This document shows positions 1 to 13,571 of a stretch of DNA of 64,000 nucleotides, piece by piece (position 1 is the stretch's first letter; every line of letters starts with the position of its first letter). The position numbers and the translations under genes were made by a program. The notes below the pieces were generated by a model that saw only the letters and a list, made by a program, of their open reading frames with translations, ran no database searches and was not told where the DNA came from. The DNA comes from an uncultured cyanobacterium (GTDB lineage: Bacteria > Cyanobacteriota > Cyanobacteriia > PCC-9006 > JAAUQQ01), in assembly GCA_963718615.1 (NCBI GenBank), contig OY970368.1, forward strand, positions 2,144,001 to 2,208,000. The letters are read 5' to 3'.

Positions 1-2327
1 TGCAGACTCATCAGCGTGCTGAGAACCCCGATAAAGGCGACGACGATCGCCAACAGTCTCAGGGCGTTGGTAATGGCGAAGGTGCGATCGAAAATCTCCA
101 GGGAACCTTGGCGCAGGCTGCGGTTGGACTGCACCGACAGGGCTTGCCGATCCTTGAACTGTTGTTGAATGGCTGCAACAGTAGCATCGACATCGGCATC
201 GGGACCCACAAACAGACCGATGGAAGCGATGCTGGGGTCTTGCCAGAGATCGATGTAGCGATCGTCATCCAAGATAATCGTGCCCTGGTCGGAGGAATAG
301 TCGTAGAACACGGCAATCACCGGGAAGGTTTTCTCCCCCTGGGGCGATTCCAGGGTCACCGTCGTGGGAATCTCGCTGAGGTTTTCCCGCAGCATCAAGG
401 TTTCTGAAATAATCACCCCTTCCCCCGCATCCAGAGCAGGCCAGGGATTTTTGCCCAGGTCGGGGCGGATCCAGGCGTAGGGGCGTTTGCCATGGGAAAT
501 ATCCCCGGCGGCGGCGATCAGTTTGGCGTTGCGCTGGGCGGGATGGTTGTCTAGGGCTGTGACCGTGACATCGGCGTCGTTGTAGGTGACGGCATCGGTG
601 AGACCGGGCCAGCGTTTGAGTTCGGCGGCGATCGCCGGATCCAGTTTCCCCAGCACCCGATTCGCCGTGGCCGAGGGGGGCGAGACATAGATATCCGCTT
701 GCAGGGTTTGGTCGAGCCACTGGATGACGGTGCCCCGGAAGGAGCCGATCATAATCGAAACGCCGACGATGACGGACACCGAGACCATCAGCGCTGCCGT
801 GGCGACGGAGGTGCGGCTGAGCGATCGCAAAATATCCCGAGGAGCCAACCGGCCCAAAACCCCCAACGTCGCTGCCCCCAAGGGTTCCAGCAGCCGCATG
901 CCCAAGGCCATCAGCGGCGGCGTCAGCAGCGCCGCCCCCAGCAAAATCGCAAACAACCCCGCAAAGGCTGCCACCAACCCGCCACCGGACCAGCGCAACA
1001 GGCTAATCCCCGCGCCGGTGGCGGCAACCCAGGCCGCGACGAGCAAGGGGAGGAGGTTGAGGATTTTGGATTCCAGTGTGGAACGTTGCAGCGTCAGGGT
1101 GGGGGGCGTGTTCATGGCCTCGAAGGCCGGTAGCCCAGCGGCAACGAGGGCGGCGGCGATGCCGACGATCAGACCTTTGGCGATCGTAAAGTTGGACAGG
1201 GTGATCTGCTGGACGCTGACCACAAAGTAAAAATCATTAATCGTCTGGGTAATTAGCCCGACGATGCTGCGGCCCAGGACAATCCCCAGCCCCACGCCCA
1301 GAACCGAACCGATAACGCTAAAAATCGCCGCTTCCCCGATGATCAGCGTCAACAGTTGCCCCTGGGTGACGCCCAAACAGCGCAAAATCCCAAAGATAGG
1401 CCGCCGCTGAATCACGCTAAACGTCACGGTGTTGTAGATCAAAAACATACCAACCACCAGCGCCAGCAGACTCAATGCCGTCAAATTCAGCTCAAACGCC
1501 GCCGTCATTTGCTGGACTGCGTTTTTCTGGGCCTCGGCCAATTCCAGCTTGAGTCCGGTCGGCAGTTGGGCTTTGAGGGTGTCCAGCAGGGGCTGTTGCT
1601 CCGCTGCGACCCGCAGGTCAATCTGGCTGAGTTTCCCCTTTTGGCCGAGTAATTCCTGGGCCGTTGCAATATCGGTAAAGAGCAAATTGCTAAGGGCGCG
1701 GCGGTTGAGGCTATCGGTCGAGGTAATTTCGCCCACCACCCGCACGGTTTGAATTTTTCCGGCGAGGTCGAGATGGAGTGAATCACCGAGGGCAAGGGAG
1801 TAGCGATCGCCCACCTCCCCAGACAGCACCACCGTATTCGGCTCACTCAAAAACTGCAGCCAGTCATTGCCCCCATTGTTATCCCCGTTATCCCCCTTAT
1901 CCCCGTTTCCGTTGCTTTCCAGATCACCCAAATAGCTGCGAAAGGGAGATTCCGAGAAAAAATCCACCCCGACAATGCGAAAGGGTTGCCGGTCTAACTC
2001 CTCGACCACGGCGTAGCCTTCCACCAAGGGAGCCATGGGAATGGCGTTGAAAGAGGGGGTAACGCTGCGGCGGAGGTTGCTATAGACGGAGTCGTCGATG
2101 CCGGTGGGGGCGATCGCCACAATCCGATGGGTTGTCTGTCCGGTAATCGCATCCGTCGCCAGCCCAAAGGCCCGCTGGGCCGAGCCATTGGCGAGGTCGA
2201 TGGACACCATCATGGCGACGCCGACCGCGATCCCGATGATGCAGAGCAGATATTGCAGGGGCCGTTGGCGCAAACGGTTCCAGGCCAATCGCCACAGGGG
2301 ACGATTTGAGACGATCGATCCGTTCAT
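1..2327 (-). CDS. ABC transporter permease, FtsX/MacB-like (runs off left edge)
   Basis: Not in the ORF track because it is open at the edge. Manual minus-strand reading from ATG at 2327 gives MNGSIVSNRPLWRLAWNRLRQRPLQYLLCIIGIAVGVAMMVSIDLANGSAQRAF, the typical FtsX-permease N-terminus. ATGA overlap with the COG0523 stop. Confidence 0.85.
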   Translation of the reverse strand, partial: MNGSIVSNRPLWRLAWNRLRQRPLQYLLCIIGIAVGVAMMVSIDLANGSAQRAFGLATDAITGQTTHRIVAIAPTGIDDSVYSNLRRSVTPSFNAIPMAPLVEGYAVVEELDRQPFRIVGVDFFSESPFRSYLGDLESNGNGDKGDNGDNNGGNDWLQFLSEPNTVVLSGEVGDRYSLALGDSLHLDLAGKIQTVRVVGEITSTDSLNRRALSNLLFTDIATAQELLGQKGKLSQIDLRVAAEQQPLLDTLKAQLPTGLKLELAEAQKNAVQQMTAAFELNLTALSLLALVVGMFLIYNTVTFSVIQRRPIFGILRCLGVTQGQLLTLIIGEAAIFSVIGSVLGVGLGIVLGRSIVGLITQTINDFYFVVSVQQITLSNFTIAKGLIVGIAAALVAAGLPAFEAMNTPPTLTLQRSTLESKILNLLPLLVAAWVAATGAGISLLRWSGGGLVAAFAGLFAILLGAALLTPPLMALGMRLLEPLGAATLGVLGRLAPRDILRSLSRTSVATAALMVSVSVIVGVSIMIGSFRGTVIQWLDQTLQADIYVSPPSATANRVLGKLDPAIAAELKRWPGLTDAVTYNDADVTVTALDNHPAQRNAKLIAAAGDISHGKRPYAWIRPDLGKNPWPALDAGEGVIISETLMLRENLSEIPTTVTLESPQGEKTFPVIAVFYDYSSDQGTIILDDDRYIDLWQDPSIASIGLFVGPDADVDATVAAIQQQFKDRQALSVQSNRSLRQGSLEIFDRTFAITNALRLLAIVVAFIGVLSTLMSL

Positions 2328-3502
2328 CGGGTAGCGAATCCCTGGGCGCGGCTGCTAGAGGGAATCGTCAAACAATGGTTGAGCTGTTCCCGCAATTGGT
2401 CGTGATCGAGATTTTGGCCAATCAAGACAATTTGGTTTTTCTTCGCGCCTTTCCACTCACTATCATCCAGCGTAAACCGCTTGCCGCTGAGGTGAAAAAT
2501 ATGGCGTTTTTGGCTCTCCTCAAACCAGAGAATGCCCTTGGCCCGAAAGATATTTTCCGACAGTTGGTTATCGAGAAAATATTGAAACTTGCGGATGGCA
2601 AAGGGGCGATCGCTCACAAAGGAAAGCGAGGTAAACCCATCTACAGCTAGGTGATCCGAATGATGCTGGTCGTGACCGTGATGGTCGTGATGGTCATGTT
2701 TATGATCGTGATCATGGTCGTGGGCGCAATGGCCATGGTCATGGTCGCAAGCGGAGTGATCCTCAGGGCCATGGTCATGATGGTCATGGTCATGATGGTC
2801 ATGCTCGTGATGGTCATGCTCGTGACCCGACGGCCCCTGCTCCTCCTGGCCAAAATACTGATCCGTCTCAAACAGCCCCACGCTCAAAATCAACGGCAAC
2901 GGCACTTCGCTATTCACCGTCCGCAAAATCCGCGCCCCATCCTTCACATCCCGCAGCTTCACTTCCAGTAGATCCAAATCCGCTTCATCGACCAAATCGG
3001 CCTTGTTGAGCAGCAAGGTATCCGCATACAAAATCTGATTGTGGGCCGCTTCGCTGTTAAACAAATCCAAACTGTAATTAGCCGCATCCACCACGGTGAC
3101 AATCGAATCCAGGCGCGTCAAATCCCGCAACTCGGTCCCTAAAAACGTCAGCGCCACGGGCAACGGATCCGCCAAGCCCGTTGTCTCCACGACGAGGTAA
3201 TCAATTTTGTCTTCTCGCTCCAGTACCCGGAACACCGCTTCGAGCAAATCGCTGTTGATCGTGCAGCAAATGCAGCCATTGCTCAGCTCCACCATGTCGT
3301 CGCCCGTGGCCACGATCAGCTCGTTGTCGATACCAATTTCGCCAAACTCATTCACCAGGACCGCCGTCTTCACCCCTTGCTGATTGGTCAGGATATGATT
3401 GAGCAGCGTGGTTTTGCCACTGCCCAAAAAGCCGGTGATGATGGTAACCGGCAGACCTTGTTTGGTGTCATCCATTGTGGCGATAGGCGCAGCGGTAATC
3501 AT
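2324..3502 (-). CDS. COG0523/CobW-family G3E GTPase metallochaperone with His-rich insert
   Basis: GFLGSGKTT Walker A, NEFGEIGID, GCICC, ETTGLADP, NKAD, long H/D-rich linker, CobW_C RAKG motif. Confidence 0.93.
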   Translation of the reverse strand: MITAAPIATMDDTKQGLPVTIITGFLGSGKTTLLNHILTNQQGVKTAVLVNEFGEIGIDNELIVATGDDMVELSNGCICCTINSDLLEAVFRVLEREDKIDYLVVETTGLADPLPVALTFLGTELRDLTRLDSIVTVVDAANYSLDLFNSEAAHNQILYADTLLLNKADLVDEADLDLLEVKLRDVKDGARILRTVNSEVPLPLILSVGLFETDQYFGQEEQGPSGHEHDHHEHDHHDHDHHDHGPEDHSACDHDHGHCAHDHDHDHKHDHHDHHGHDQHHSDHLAVDGFTSLSFVSDRPFAIRKFQYFLDNQLSENIFRAKGILWFEESQKRHIFHLSGKRFTLDDSEWKGAKKNQIVLIGQNLDHDQLREQLNHCLTIPSSSRAQGFATR

Positions 3503-3526
3503 GGCGTTTCCGTTCAGTCGATGGCT

Positions 3527-3541
3527 TGAGAATCTTTCTCA
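3527..3541. promoter_or_regulatory. Putative Zur box
   Basis: Palindrome TGAGAA-TCT-TTCTCA 25 bp upstream of the COG0523 start; resembles the cyanobacterial Zur consensus TGATAATnATTATCA. Confidence 0.55.
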
Positions 3542-3580
3542 TCTGATTTTACCGCGATTTCTGGAGCGATAGGGGGGAGG

Positions 3581-4315
3581 ATGGCGGAGAGGGATTGGGA
3601 TCTGGAGCGGGGGTATTATGGTGACCGCTCGATGGAGGAGCGCAAAGCTTGGTATGACCCGGTGGCCCAGGCCTATGATCAGGCACGGCCTCGGTATCCG
3701 GCGGAGATTTTGGACCGGGCGATCGCCCTCGCCCCTCTCAAACCGGGCATGCGGCTGCTAGAAATTGGCTGTGGACCAGGGATCGCAACAACGGCACTGG
3801 CCGAACGGGGGTTTGCCCTAGTGGGGCTGGAGCCCAGCCGAGCGGCCTGGGAACGGGCACGACACCATTGTGCCGACTATGACCAGGTTGAGTTGCTCAA
3901 TGCTAATTTTGAGGAATGGCCCCTAGAGCCGGGGGCGTTTGATGCCGTGGTGGCTCCGATGCAGCCGGTGTATGCTCAGTACGCACCGGAGCTGGTTTGC
4001 TGTGAGGATCGGGTGCGCCAGGAGGGCCAGTTGCGGGAGCTGGGGGCAGCAGCGACGACGGGCCAAGGGAACGAGCTCGGGCTGTTTGAGGAGGTGGGGT
4101 TTGAGCGGGTGGATTGCGATCGCCGCTACACCATCGACGGATATTTAACGCTCCTCAGTACCCTCTCGCCTTACCTTGTGTTAGAAGCGGAGAAGCGGGC
4201 TGCATTATTTACCGCCTTAGCCTCGGTGCTACGCCAAACCAGCGGCGATGGCGTACAGGGCAGAGTAGTGCAGACCCACTACTTTTCGGCAGCCCATGTT
4301 CTGCGATCCCTTTAA
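3581..4315 (+). CDS. Class I SAM-dependent methyltransferase, possibly with internal deletion
   Basis: YDQARPRYP, LLEIGCGPG motif I, FDAVVA motif II; the usual ATSFHW...LWN segment appears to be missing. Confidence 0.75.
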   Translation: MAERDWDLERGYYGDRSMEERKAWYDPVAQAYDQARPRYPAEILDRAIALAPLKPGMRLLEIGCGPGIATTALAERGFALVGLEPSRAAWERARHHCADYDQVELLNANFEEWPLEPGAFDAVVAPMQPVYAQYAPELVCCEDRVRQEGQLRELGAAATTGQGNELGLFEEVGFERVDCDRRYTIDGYLTLLSTLSPYLVLEAEKRAALFTALASVLRQTSGDGVQGRVVQTHYFSAAHVLRSL

Positions 4316-4370
4316 CTGCGGTCTATTTAACTGCGGTCCCTTTAACGATTTCCTGAGGTCTGAATCCACC

Positions 4371-4586
4371 ATGTCTGATCCAAGCTCAAATCTCCCGTCA
4401 GAATCCAATCCCACGCCAACGCCAACCCATCCAGCCATTCAAGCCCAAACCAAAAAGCTCAAACGGCTTTACATTACGCTTATCTTGGTCGGGTTTGCCA
4501 TTGGTGGCGTCGTTTCCATTGGAGTCGTTGCCCTGATGCGTCATTTTGAATTGACCCAGGCTCCACGGGTGGAGTCAGGCCAGTAA
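4371..4586 (+). CDS. Small single-TM hypothetical protein
   Basis: ATG at 4371, one hydrophobic stretch LYITLILVGFAIGGVVSIGVVALM. Confidence 0.6.
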   Translation: MSDPSSNLPSESNPTPTPTHPAIQAQTKKLKRLYITLILVGFAIGGVVSIGVVALMRHFELTQAPRVESGQ

Positions 4587-4604
4587 GGCTTTCCGGTCAG
4601 GCTT

Positions 4605-5621
4605 TCACGCCATTGCACTCCACCGCACCTGGATCGAACCATCCTGGGCAATGGTCGACTGATACTCGGGCCAGACGCCTACAGGCGTGCCCCGACGGGG
4701 CCGGACTCGAAACAAAAACGAGCCATTGGCCTCGGCAAAATAGGTTGTGGTCCGCTCAGAAAGCTGGGTCCAAGCGCTAGGAAAGCTCGCCCAATCATAG
4801 AGATTGAAATAAAAGTCAAATTGGTCCAACAAAGTCGGTGCCAATTCGATGTGTAGGGTTTGCTTGCGGTTGATTCCCCCATAAAAGAAGGTCGTATCCG
4901 GCGCACCCACGGGCAAATATTCCTGTCGAACCCAGGCTTCTGGGAGGCGATCGCGATATTTCAGCATCACATAGGTGTAATAGTGCAGACACAAATAAAA
5001 GCCCCTGTGGGGATAATCTTTTAGTTGTTGATAGAACAAATTCGTTTTTGGATCCGCCGAATGGGGGGGGAGTGGGGGCTGATCGTCAAACTGAACGGGG
5101 GGATAGGCGATCGCCTCCGCGCAGTCATAGTACCGAACCCCCAGCGTATAGCGTCCTGGGGGCAACGAGATCTTGACCCAATTTTGCTCTCCTTCCTGCT
5201 TCCCTCGATCATTTGGCTCAGCGTTGGACTGAGCCCCCCCGTCAAAGTCCTGGGAGTCCAAACTCTGAATCGTGGCATAGCTGGGAAAATCATAGACCAC
5301 TGCGACCCAAGACCGCGCCGACCGCTGAATCGTTGCGATATCGATCGCCAGTGTCTGCTCAACCTCAAACGGCCCCAGCGTCCCAATCACCGCATGGGTG
5401 TTCCAGCGGGGTCCCGTCGTCATCAGCACGGGCAGGGCAATGGGAATTTTAAGCGTATCCGCCGAGAGGACCCGCCACTGGAGCCGCGTTTGCCGTGACA
5501 GGTAGCGGATGTAAAAACGATTGATCACAGCCCGCATGACCCGGTAAAAGATCCATGACCCCAAGGCCCAGGGGGCCTCCCAAAGCAGTGATAAACCCAG
5601 CGGTAGACTGTCAAAGAACAT
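4605..5621 (-). CDS. DUF6208-like cyanobacterial protein
   Basis: 338-aa ORF with GPRWNTHA and EYLPVGAPDT motifs. Confidence 0.65.
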   Translation of the reverse strand: MFFDSLPLGLSLLWEAPWALGSWIFYRVMRAVINRFYIRYLSRQTRLQWRVLSADTLKIPIALPVLMTTGPRWNTHAVIGTLGPFEVEQTLAIDIATIQRSARSWVAVVYDFPSYATIQSLDSQDFDGGAQSNAEPNDRGKQEGEQNWVKISLPPGRYTLGVRYYDCAEAIAYPPVQFDDQPPLPPHSADPKTNLFYQQLKDYPHRGFYLCLHYYTYVMLKYRDRLPEAWVRQEYLPVGAPDTTFFYGGINRKQTLHIELAPTLLDQFDFYFNLYDWASFPSAWTQLSERTTTYFAEANGSFLFRVRPRRGTPVGVWPEYQSTIAQDGSIQVRWSAMA

Positions 5622-5694
5622 GAACTTTTACCAGAGATTTGTTAGATAACGATAGGATCAGAAACAGTTTGACTAGTCCTGAATTGGGTTCTGC

Positions 5695-7779
5695 ATGAAG
5701 CGACGGCGGCGGCGGTATCGACATCGCAATCGCTCTCTCCAGGGAGGGCTATCGAAGATCTGGCATCAGGTGAATGAGGCGATCGCCTTGCTCGATGCCC
5801 AGGGGAAGTTTGTCGAGCTGAATGCGGCAACCGCTGTATTGCTGGGCGTGGAGGCCCAAGAGCTGATGGGTCGAGCGTTTCATGATTTTGTTGAAACTGA
5901 CCTGGATCTGCGATCGCACTATCGCGGCGCGGCTCCCAAAAATAAATATATCGGGATTCAGCGGGCTACCCATCCTAATGAAGAGCCTCAACTGCTGGAA
6001 TGGAGTCTGAGTCGAGAGGTCTTTCCGGGACAGCATTTGTTGATTTTGCGAAATATTAGCGATCGCAAAACCCAAGCGGAAACCGAACTGGCCCAGCAGC
6101 GGCAGCGCTCGGAGCTGTTTGCGGAGGTGACGCTCAAGATTCGTCAGTCGCTGCAATTCACGGAAATCCTGCAAACCACGGTGAATGAGGTCCAGCGCAT
6201 TCTCCAGGCCGATCGGGTTTTGGTTTATCAGGTGCTTGAGGATGGCACGGGTAAACCCATTAGCGAAGCTGTCTTGCCGGACTATCCAGCCATTCTTGGC
6301 ATGGAATTTCCCGAAGAGGTCTTTCCAACGGAATACCAGCGCCATTATGCCCAAGGTCGCGTCGTTGCTATTAGCAATGTGCGGGATCCCAAAGCTGGAC
6401 TGGCCCATTGCTTAGTCGAATTTGTCGAACAGTTTGACATCAAAGCCAAACTGATAGTGCCGATTTTGCAAAATCCTAACTCCCAAGCGACTCAATCCAG
6501 TCAACAGGCTCCCGTTGGGAATTCCAAGCGTCCTGTCCTCTGGGGATTGTTGATCGCCCATCAATGTCGCGATCGCCGCCAATGGACCGATGCCGAGCTG
6601 GCGCTGATGCAGCAATTGGCCGATCAAATCAGCATTGCCTTGGCCCAGTCTCAGTTGCTGGAAAATCTAGAGGAAATTGTCGCCGCCCGCACTGCTGAGT
6701 TGCGTCAACAAGAGGAGCAGCTCCGTCTGATTACCAATGCTCTACCTGTGCTGATTGCCTACGTAGACCGGACCAAGCGCTATCGCTTTAATAACCAAGC
6801 CTACGAAACTTGGCTGGGGCAGACGCCGGAATCCCTCCAGGGCAAGCGGCTGCGGACCGTTTGGGGGGAGGCCAGCTATGCCCAGATGGAAACGCCGATT
6901 CAGGCCGCGCTCGCGGGGGAGGTGATCACCTACGAAAACGAAATGATTGACCGGTTGGGGCGGATCCGAACCCTGGCCGTCACCTATATTCCCCATCTGG
7001 ATGACCAGGGGCAGATTCAGGGCTTTTTTGCCTTGACTAGTGATATTAGCGATCGCAAAGCCATCGAGCGCATGAAAGACGAATTTATCTCCGTCGTCAG
7101 CCATGAACTGCGCACCCCCCTCACCTCCATGCACAGCGCCCTCAAAATTCTCTCCACGGGGAAACTCGGCGTCCTCTCAGAAGATGGCCAGCAAATGCTC
7201 GAAATTGCCGATGACAACACCGAGCGCCTGGTGCGGCTGGTCAACAATGTTTTGGATTTACAACGCATTGAAGCGGGCGAAGTCACCATGGAGAAACAGC
7301 TTTGCAACGCCGCTGGACTGATTACCCAGGCGATCGAAGCCATGCAACCCATGGCCCAGCAGCTTGGCATTCGGCTCTTGAGCCAGCCGAGCGATTGCGT
7401 GATTTGGGCCGACTCGGACTACATGCTGCAAGCCCTGACCAATTTGCTCAGCAATGCCATTAAGTTTTCGGCGGCAGGGAGTACCGTTTGGATTACAACC
7501 GAATTACTGCCGCAAACCGAAGAAGTGCGGTTCCGGATCCGCGACCAAGGTCAAGGCATTCCTGAAACCAAACTCGAAAGCATTTTTGAGCGGTTTAAGC
7601 AAGTGGATTCTTCCGATGCTCGCCGTAAGGGAGGGACGGGGTTGGGGCTAACCATTTGCCGCAAAATCATCGAACAGCACGAAGGTAAAATCTGGGCCGA
7701 AAGCCAACTGGGCCAAGGCAGTACGTTTTTCTTTACGGTACCGACTCAGCCACGCACATGCGGAGGACGGCATGACTGA
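5695..7779 (+). CDS. rcaE: Green/red cyanobacteriochrome histidine kinase (PAS-GAF-PAS-HisKA-HATPase), RcaE-like
   Basis: GAF with FPEEVFP and HCL (chromophore Cys followed by Leu, as in CcaS/RcaE), SHELRTPL H-box, N and G boxes; followed by rcaF- and rcaC-like genes. Confidence 0.82.
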   Translation: MKRRRRRYRHRNRSLQGGLSKIWHQVNEAIALLDAQGKFVELNAATAVLLGVEAQELMGRAFHDFVETDLDLRSHYRGAAPKNKYIGIQRATHPNEEPQLLEWSLSREVFPGQHLLILRNISDRKTQAETELAQQRQRSELFAEVTLKIRQSLQFTEILQTTVNEVQRILQADRVLVYQVLEDGTGKPISEAVLPDYPAILGMEFPEEVFPTEYQRHYAQGRVVAISNVRDPKAGLAHCLVEFVEQFDIKAKLIVPILQNPNSQATQSSQQAPVGNSKRPVLWGLLIAHQCRDRRQWTDAELALMQQLADQISIALAQSQLLENLEEIVAARTAELRQQEEQLRLITNALPVLIAYVDRTKRYRFNNQAYETWLGQTPESLQGKRLRTVWGEASYAQMETPIQAALAGEVITYENEMIDRLGRIRTLAVTYIPHLDDQGQIQGFFALTSDISDRKAIERMKDEFISVVSHELRTPLTSMHSALKILSTGKLGVLSEDGQQMLEIADDNTERLVRLVNNVLDLQRIEAGEVTMEKQLCNAAGLITQAIEAMQPMAQQLGIRLLSQPSDCVIWADSDYMLQALTNLLSNAIKFSAAGSTVWITTELLPQTEEVRFRIRDQGQGIPETKLESIFERFKQVDSSDARRKGGTGLGLTICRKIIEQHEGKIWAESQLGQGSTFFFTVPTQPRTCGGRHD

Positions 7780-8161
7780 CCTTGCGATCGAGACTAAGCA
7801 GCTCTTAATTATCGATGATGAGGAGACGATCCAAACCGTGGTTAAGTTTGGCATTCAACTGACCGCCGGGTGGAAGATCCTCACGGCCAGTTCGGGGCCT
7901 GAAGGCATTCAGGTGGCCCAGCGATATCAGCCCGATGCCATTTTGCTAGATGTGATGATGCCTGAGATGGATGGTGTTGCCACGTTCAAAGCCCTGCAAG
8001 CAGATGCCACAACTCAGCTCATTCCGGTCATCTTTCTGACGGCCAAAGCCCAAGCTGCAGAAAAATCCCAGCTCAAAGCCCTAGGGGTTAGCGGTGTGAT
8101 CACCAAGCCCTTTAACTCCCTTGATTTGCCGGGGCAGATCGCCAAAATTCTTCAATGGTAA
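7772..8161 (+). CDS. rcaF: Single-domain response regulator, RcaF-like
   Basis: IIDD, LLDVMMP, FLTA and KP receiver motifs; lies between the kinase and the multidomain RR. Confidence 0.78.
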   Translation: MTDLAIETKQLLIIDDEETIQTVVKFGIQLTAGWKILTASSGPEGIQVAQRYQPDAILLDVMMPEMDGVATFKALQADATTQLIPVIFLTAKAQAAEKSQLKALGVSGVITKPFNSLDLPGQIAKILQW

Positions 8162-8168
8162 GCCGCCC

Positions 8169-11345
<3,177 letters not shown>

Positions 11346-11548
11346 TTACATTTACGTAATAAAAGGGCACCCCCTTTGAGAAAGATCCTCTACACTGATC
11401 GCAACTTAATGATCGCCGCTCGCCACTCGCACAGGATTGGGTTGCATTAGTTGCAGCGGTTTGAGTCCAGCAGGTTGAGTGCCGTGAGGTTGAGTACCGT
11501 ACTTGTGCCGACCTGTGCTGACTCACGATAACTGCATTGGAGAAAAAC

Positions 11549-11893
11549 ATGGCATATACCTTTAATCTGGTCGGTGTCTCCCCCTTGCTTGAGTTTTTTC
11601 AGCACGAACAGGCCCAAAGTCCAGAGCAATTCCCTCAGCTTCCTGCCTATGTCGGCGTGTCCAACTGCCTACTGGATGTCGTGCTCAATTCCGTCGAAGA
11701 GGTCGTGACGCAACGCCATTGGGACCTCGATGAAGCCGTGGATTCTGTCATTCAGTATTGGGTACACAACAAAGAAACGGTGGAACATTGGCGCGATCGC
11801 CTTCAGGATGCGGGCCAGCACCAATTGTTGATTGGGCGAGTGGCGAATTTGCGATCGCTTCAGTCAGAATTCAATCGCCTCCTGGGCCAGTAA
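11549..11893 (+). CDS. Conserved cyanobacterial hypothetical protein
   Basis: ORF MAYTFNLVGVSPLLEFF with GGAG upstream. Confidence 0.65.
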   Translation: MAYTFNLVGVSPLLEFFQHEQAQSPEQFPQLPAYVGVSNCLLDVVLNSVEEVVTQRHWDLDEAVDSVIQYWVHNKETVEHWRDRLQDAGQHQLLIGRVANLRSLQSEFNRLLGQ

Positions 11894-12118
11894 TCTTTTC
11901 TCTATCTTCGGGAGGATGACGAGTCCCGCTGCTCAACGGTGACAGAATTGATACAAAAGATCTCTTCCCGCACCGTCGTCTCTCCCTTTCATTAGAGTGT
12001 TAAGATTTTTCAATTAATGGATGGGGAGACTTGCAACCCGTTGCCTCGTTTTGACCGTCACATCGTTTCGACTTTGTTCCGGCTGTCTCCTCAGCTCCAA
12101 TCCTCCCAGGATAACGTC

Positions 12119-13555
12119 ATGAGTCCCTCTCCTCCCCAGCGGTCGTCAGGCCCGAGTCCTTCTGTCAACCGGCCTCCGACGGAGCATTCGGCCCCCCTTG
12201 ACCGCTCGGTTCCCTCGGTCATCTCGACCCGTCCCTCCAGGTTGCGTGGGTTGACCTGGGAACGCGGTTTGTTGCTGTTGATTTTGCTCGTGGGCGGAGG
12301 ATATGGCCTCTGGCAGTGGCTGGGGCCAAAGGCCGCTGGCCCTGGTGCGGGAGGACCTCCCGCCGCAATGCAAGGACCTCCGCCCCGCCCAGTGGTGACG
12401 ACGACGTTGCAGCGAGGGACTGCGGCCCAAACGGTTCAAGTTCTCGGCCAAGCAGAGTCTAGCGCCAGCACAACCTTGCGCAGCCAAACCTCGGGTATGA
12501 TTGAAAGCCTCTTGGTGAATGAAGGGGACGCGGTGGCGGAAGGGGATGTGATCGCGACGCTGAATGCCGCAGACCAGAAGCTGGCCCTGGCCCAAGCCCA
12601 GGCGCGCTTGGCCGAGGCTCAAAGTCAGTTGGCGGAGCTCAAAAGTGGTACTCGCAAAGAAGTGATTGCCCAGCGGCAGGCCACGGTGCAAGCGGCTAAA
12701 GCCCGAGAGGCCGAAGCCCGAGATAATCTCAAGCGGCTTCAGGCCCTCCGCAGTGAAGGGGCGATCGCCGAGCGGGGTCTGATTGAAGCGAGGGTCACGC
12801 TAGATACGGCGGTGAGCGATCGCCTCGGGGCCGAAGCGGCCCTGGCGGAGGCCAACGCTGGTCCTCGCTCCGATGAAATTCAAGCCCAATCGGCCAAGGT
12901 GGCAGCGGAACAAGCCGCAGTTCAGCAGGCCCAGCTTGAGGTCCAGCGAACCCAAATTCGCGCCACAGCCAGCGGCGTCGTCAGCCAGCGCCAGGTCACC
13001 ACCGGGGACTATTTGCGCAGTGCGGATCCCGTGATAACCCTGGTCGACAACCGTACCGTCGATATTTTTCTAGAGGTGCCCGAACAACTGGCAGGCAAAG
13101 TTCAGCCGGGGATGAGCGTTAAGCTGTCGTCCCGCGCCATTCCCGGTTGGGAAACCACCGCCAGTATTGATAGTCTTTTGCCCATTGCCAGTGCCGATTC
13201 TCGGCGGCGTCCGGCTCGGATTCGCTTGGCGGCTCCGCCCCCAGGTCTGTTGCCCGGTACGGCGGTGCAAGCTTCCTTTGCCATGCCCGGAGACAGCAGT
13301 GGCTATACGATTTCGCGGGACGCCCTCAGCCGTCGCGCCGATCAGTGGCTGCTGTTTGGGGTGCAAGAGGGCACCGCAGAACAAATTGAAGTCACGTTGG
13401 TGAGTGACCTGGGCGAAACCGTCATTGTTGATGGCGCAGGTTTATCTTCCGGCCAAACCATTGTCTTGAAGGGCAGCGATGCCCTGAGCGATGGCGCACC
13501 GGTCATGGTCGTAGAAGGACCCGGCAGCGCACCCCCCGCAGCGGCACAGCCCTAG
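12119..13555 (+). CDS. RND efflux periplasmic adaptor subunit
   Basis: N-terminal TM, lipoyl half motifs, long coiled hairpin; adjacent to an AcrB-family gene. Confidence 0.9.
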   Translation: MSPSPPQRSSGPSPSVNRPPTEHSAPLDRSVPSVISTRPSRLRGLTWERGLLLLILLVGGGYGLWQWLGPKAAGPGAGGPPAAMQGPPPRPVVTTTLQRGTAAQTVQVLGQAESSASTTLRSQTSGMIESLLVNEGDAVAEGDVIATLNAADQKLALAQAQARLAEAQSQLAELKSGTRKEVIAQRQATVQAAKAREAEARDNLKRLQALRSEGAIAERGLIEARVTLDTAVSDRLGAEAALAEANAGPRSDEIQAQSAKVAAEQAAVQQAQLEVQRTQIRATASGVVSQRQVTTGDYLRSADPVITLVDNRTVDIFLEVPEQLAGKVQPGMSVKLSSRAIPGWETTASIDSLLPIASADSRRRPARIRLAAPPPGLLPGTAVQASFAMPGDSSGYTISRDALSRRADQWLLFGVQEGTAEQIEVTLVSDLGETVIVDGAGLSSGQTIVLKGSDALSDGAPVMVVEGPGSAPPAAAQP

Positions 13556-13571
13556 GGCTAGGAGAACAGGT

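Noticed and set aside
59-2334. Many short ORFs at the left end
   Set aside because: All overlap the long minus-strand permease frame that the track omits because it runs off the edge
2647-2971. Met/Val/Thr-rich ORFs
   Set aside because: Alternative-frame and antisense shadows of the His/Asp-rich COG0523 linker
5622-5694. RcaC L-box upstream of rcaE
   Set aside because: No TTGCACA-N4-TTGCACA repeat seen
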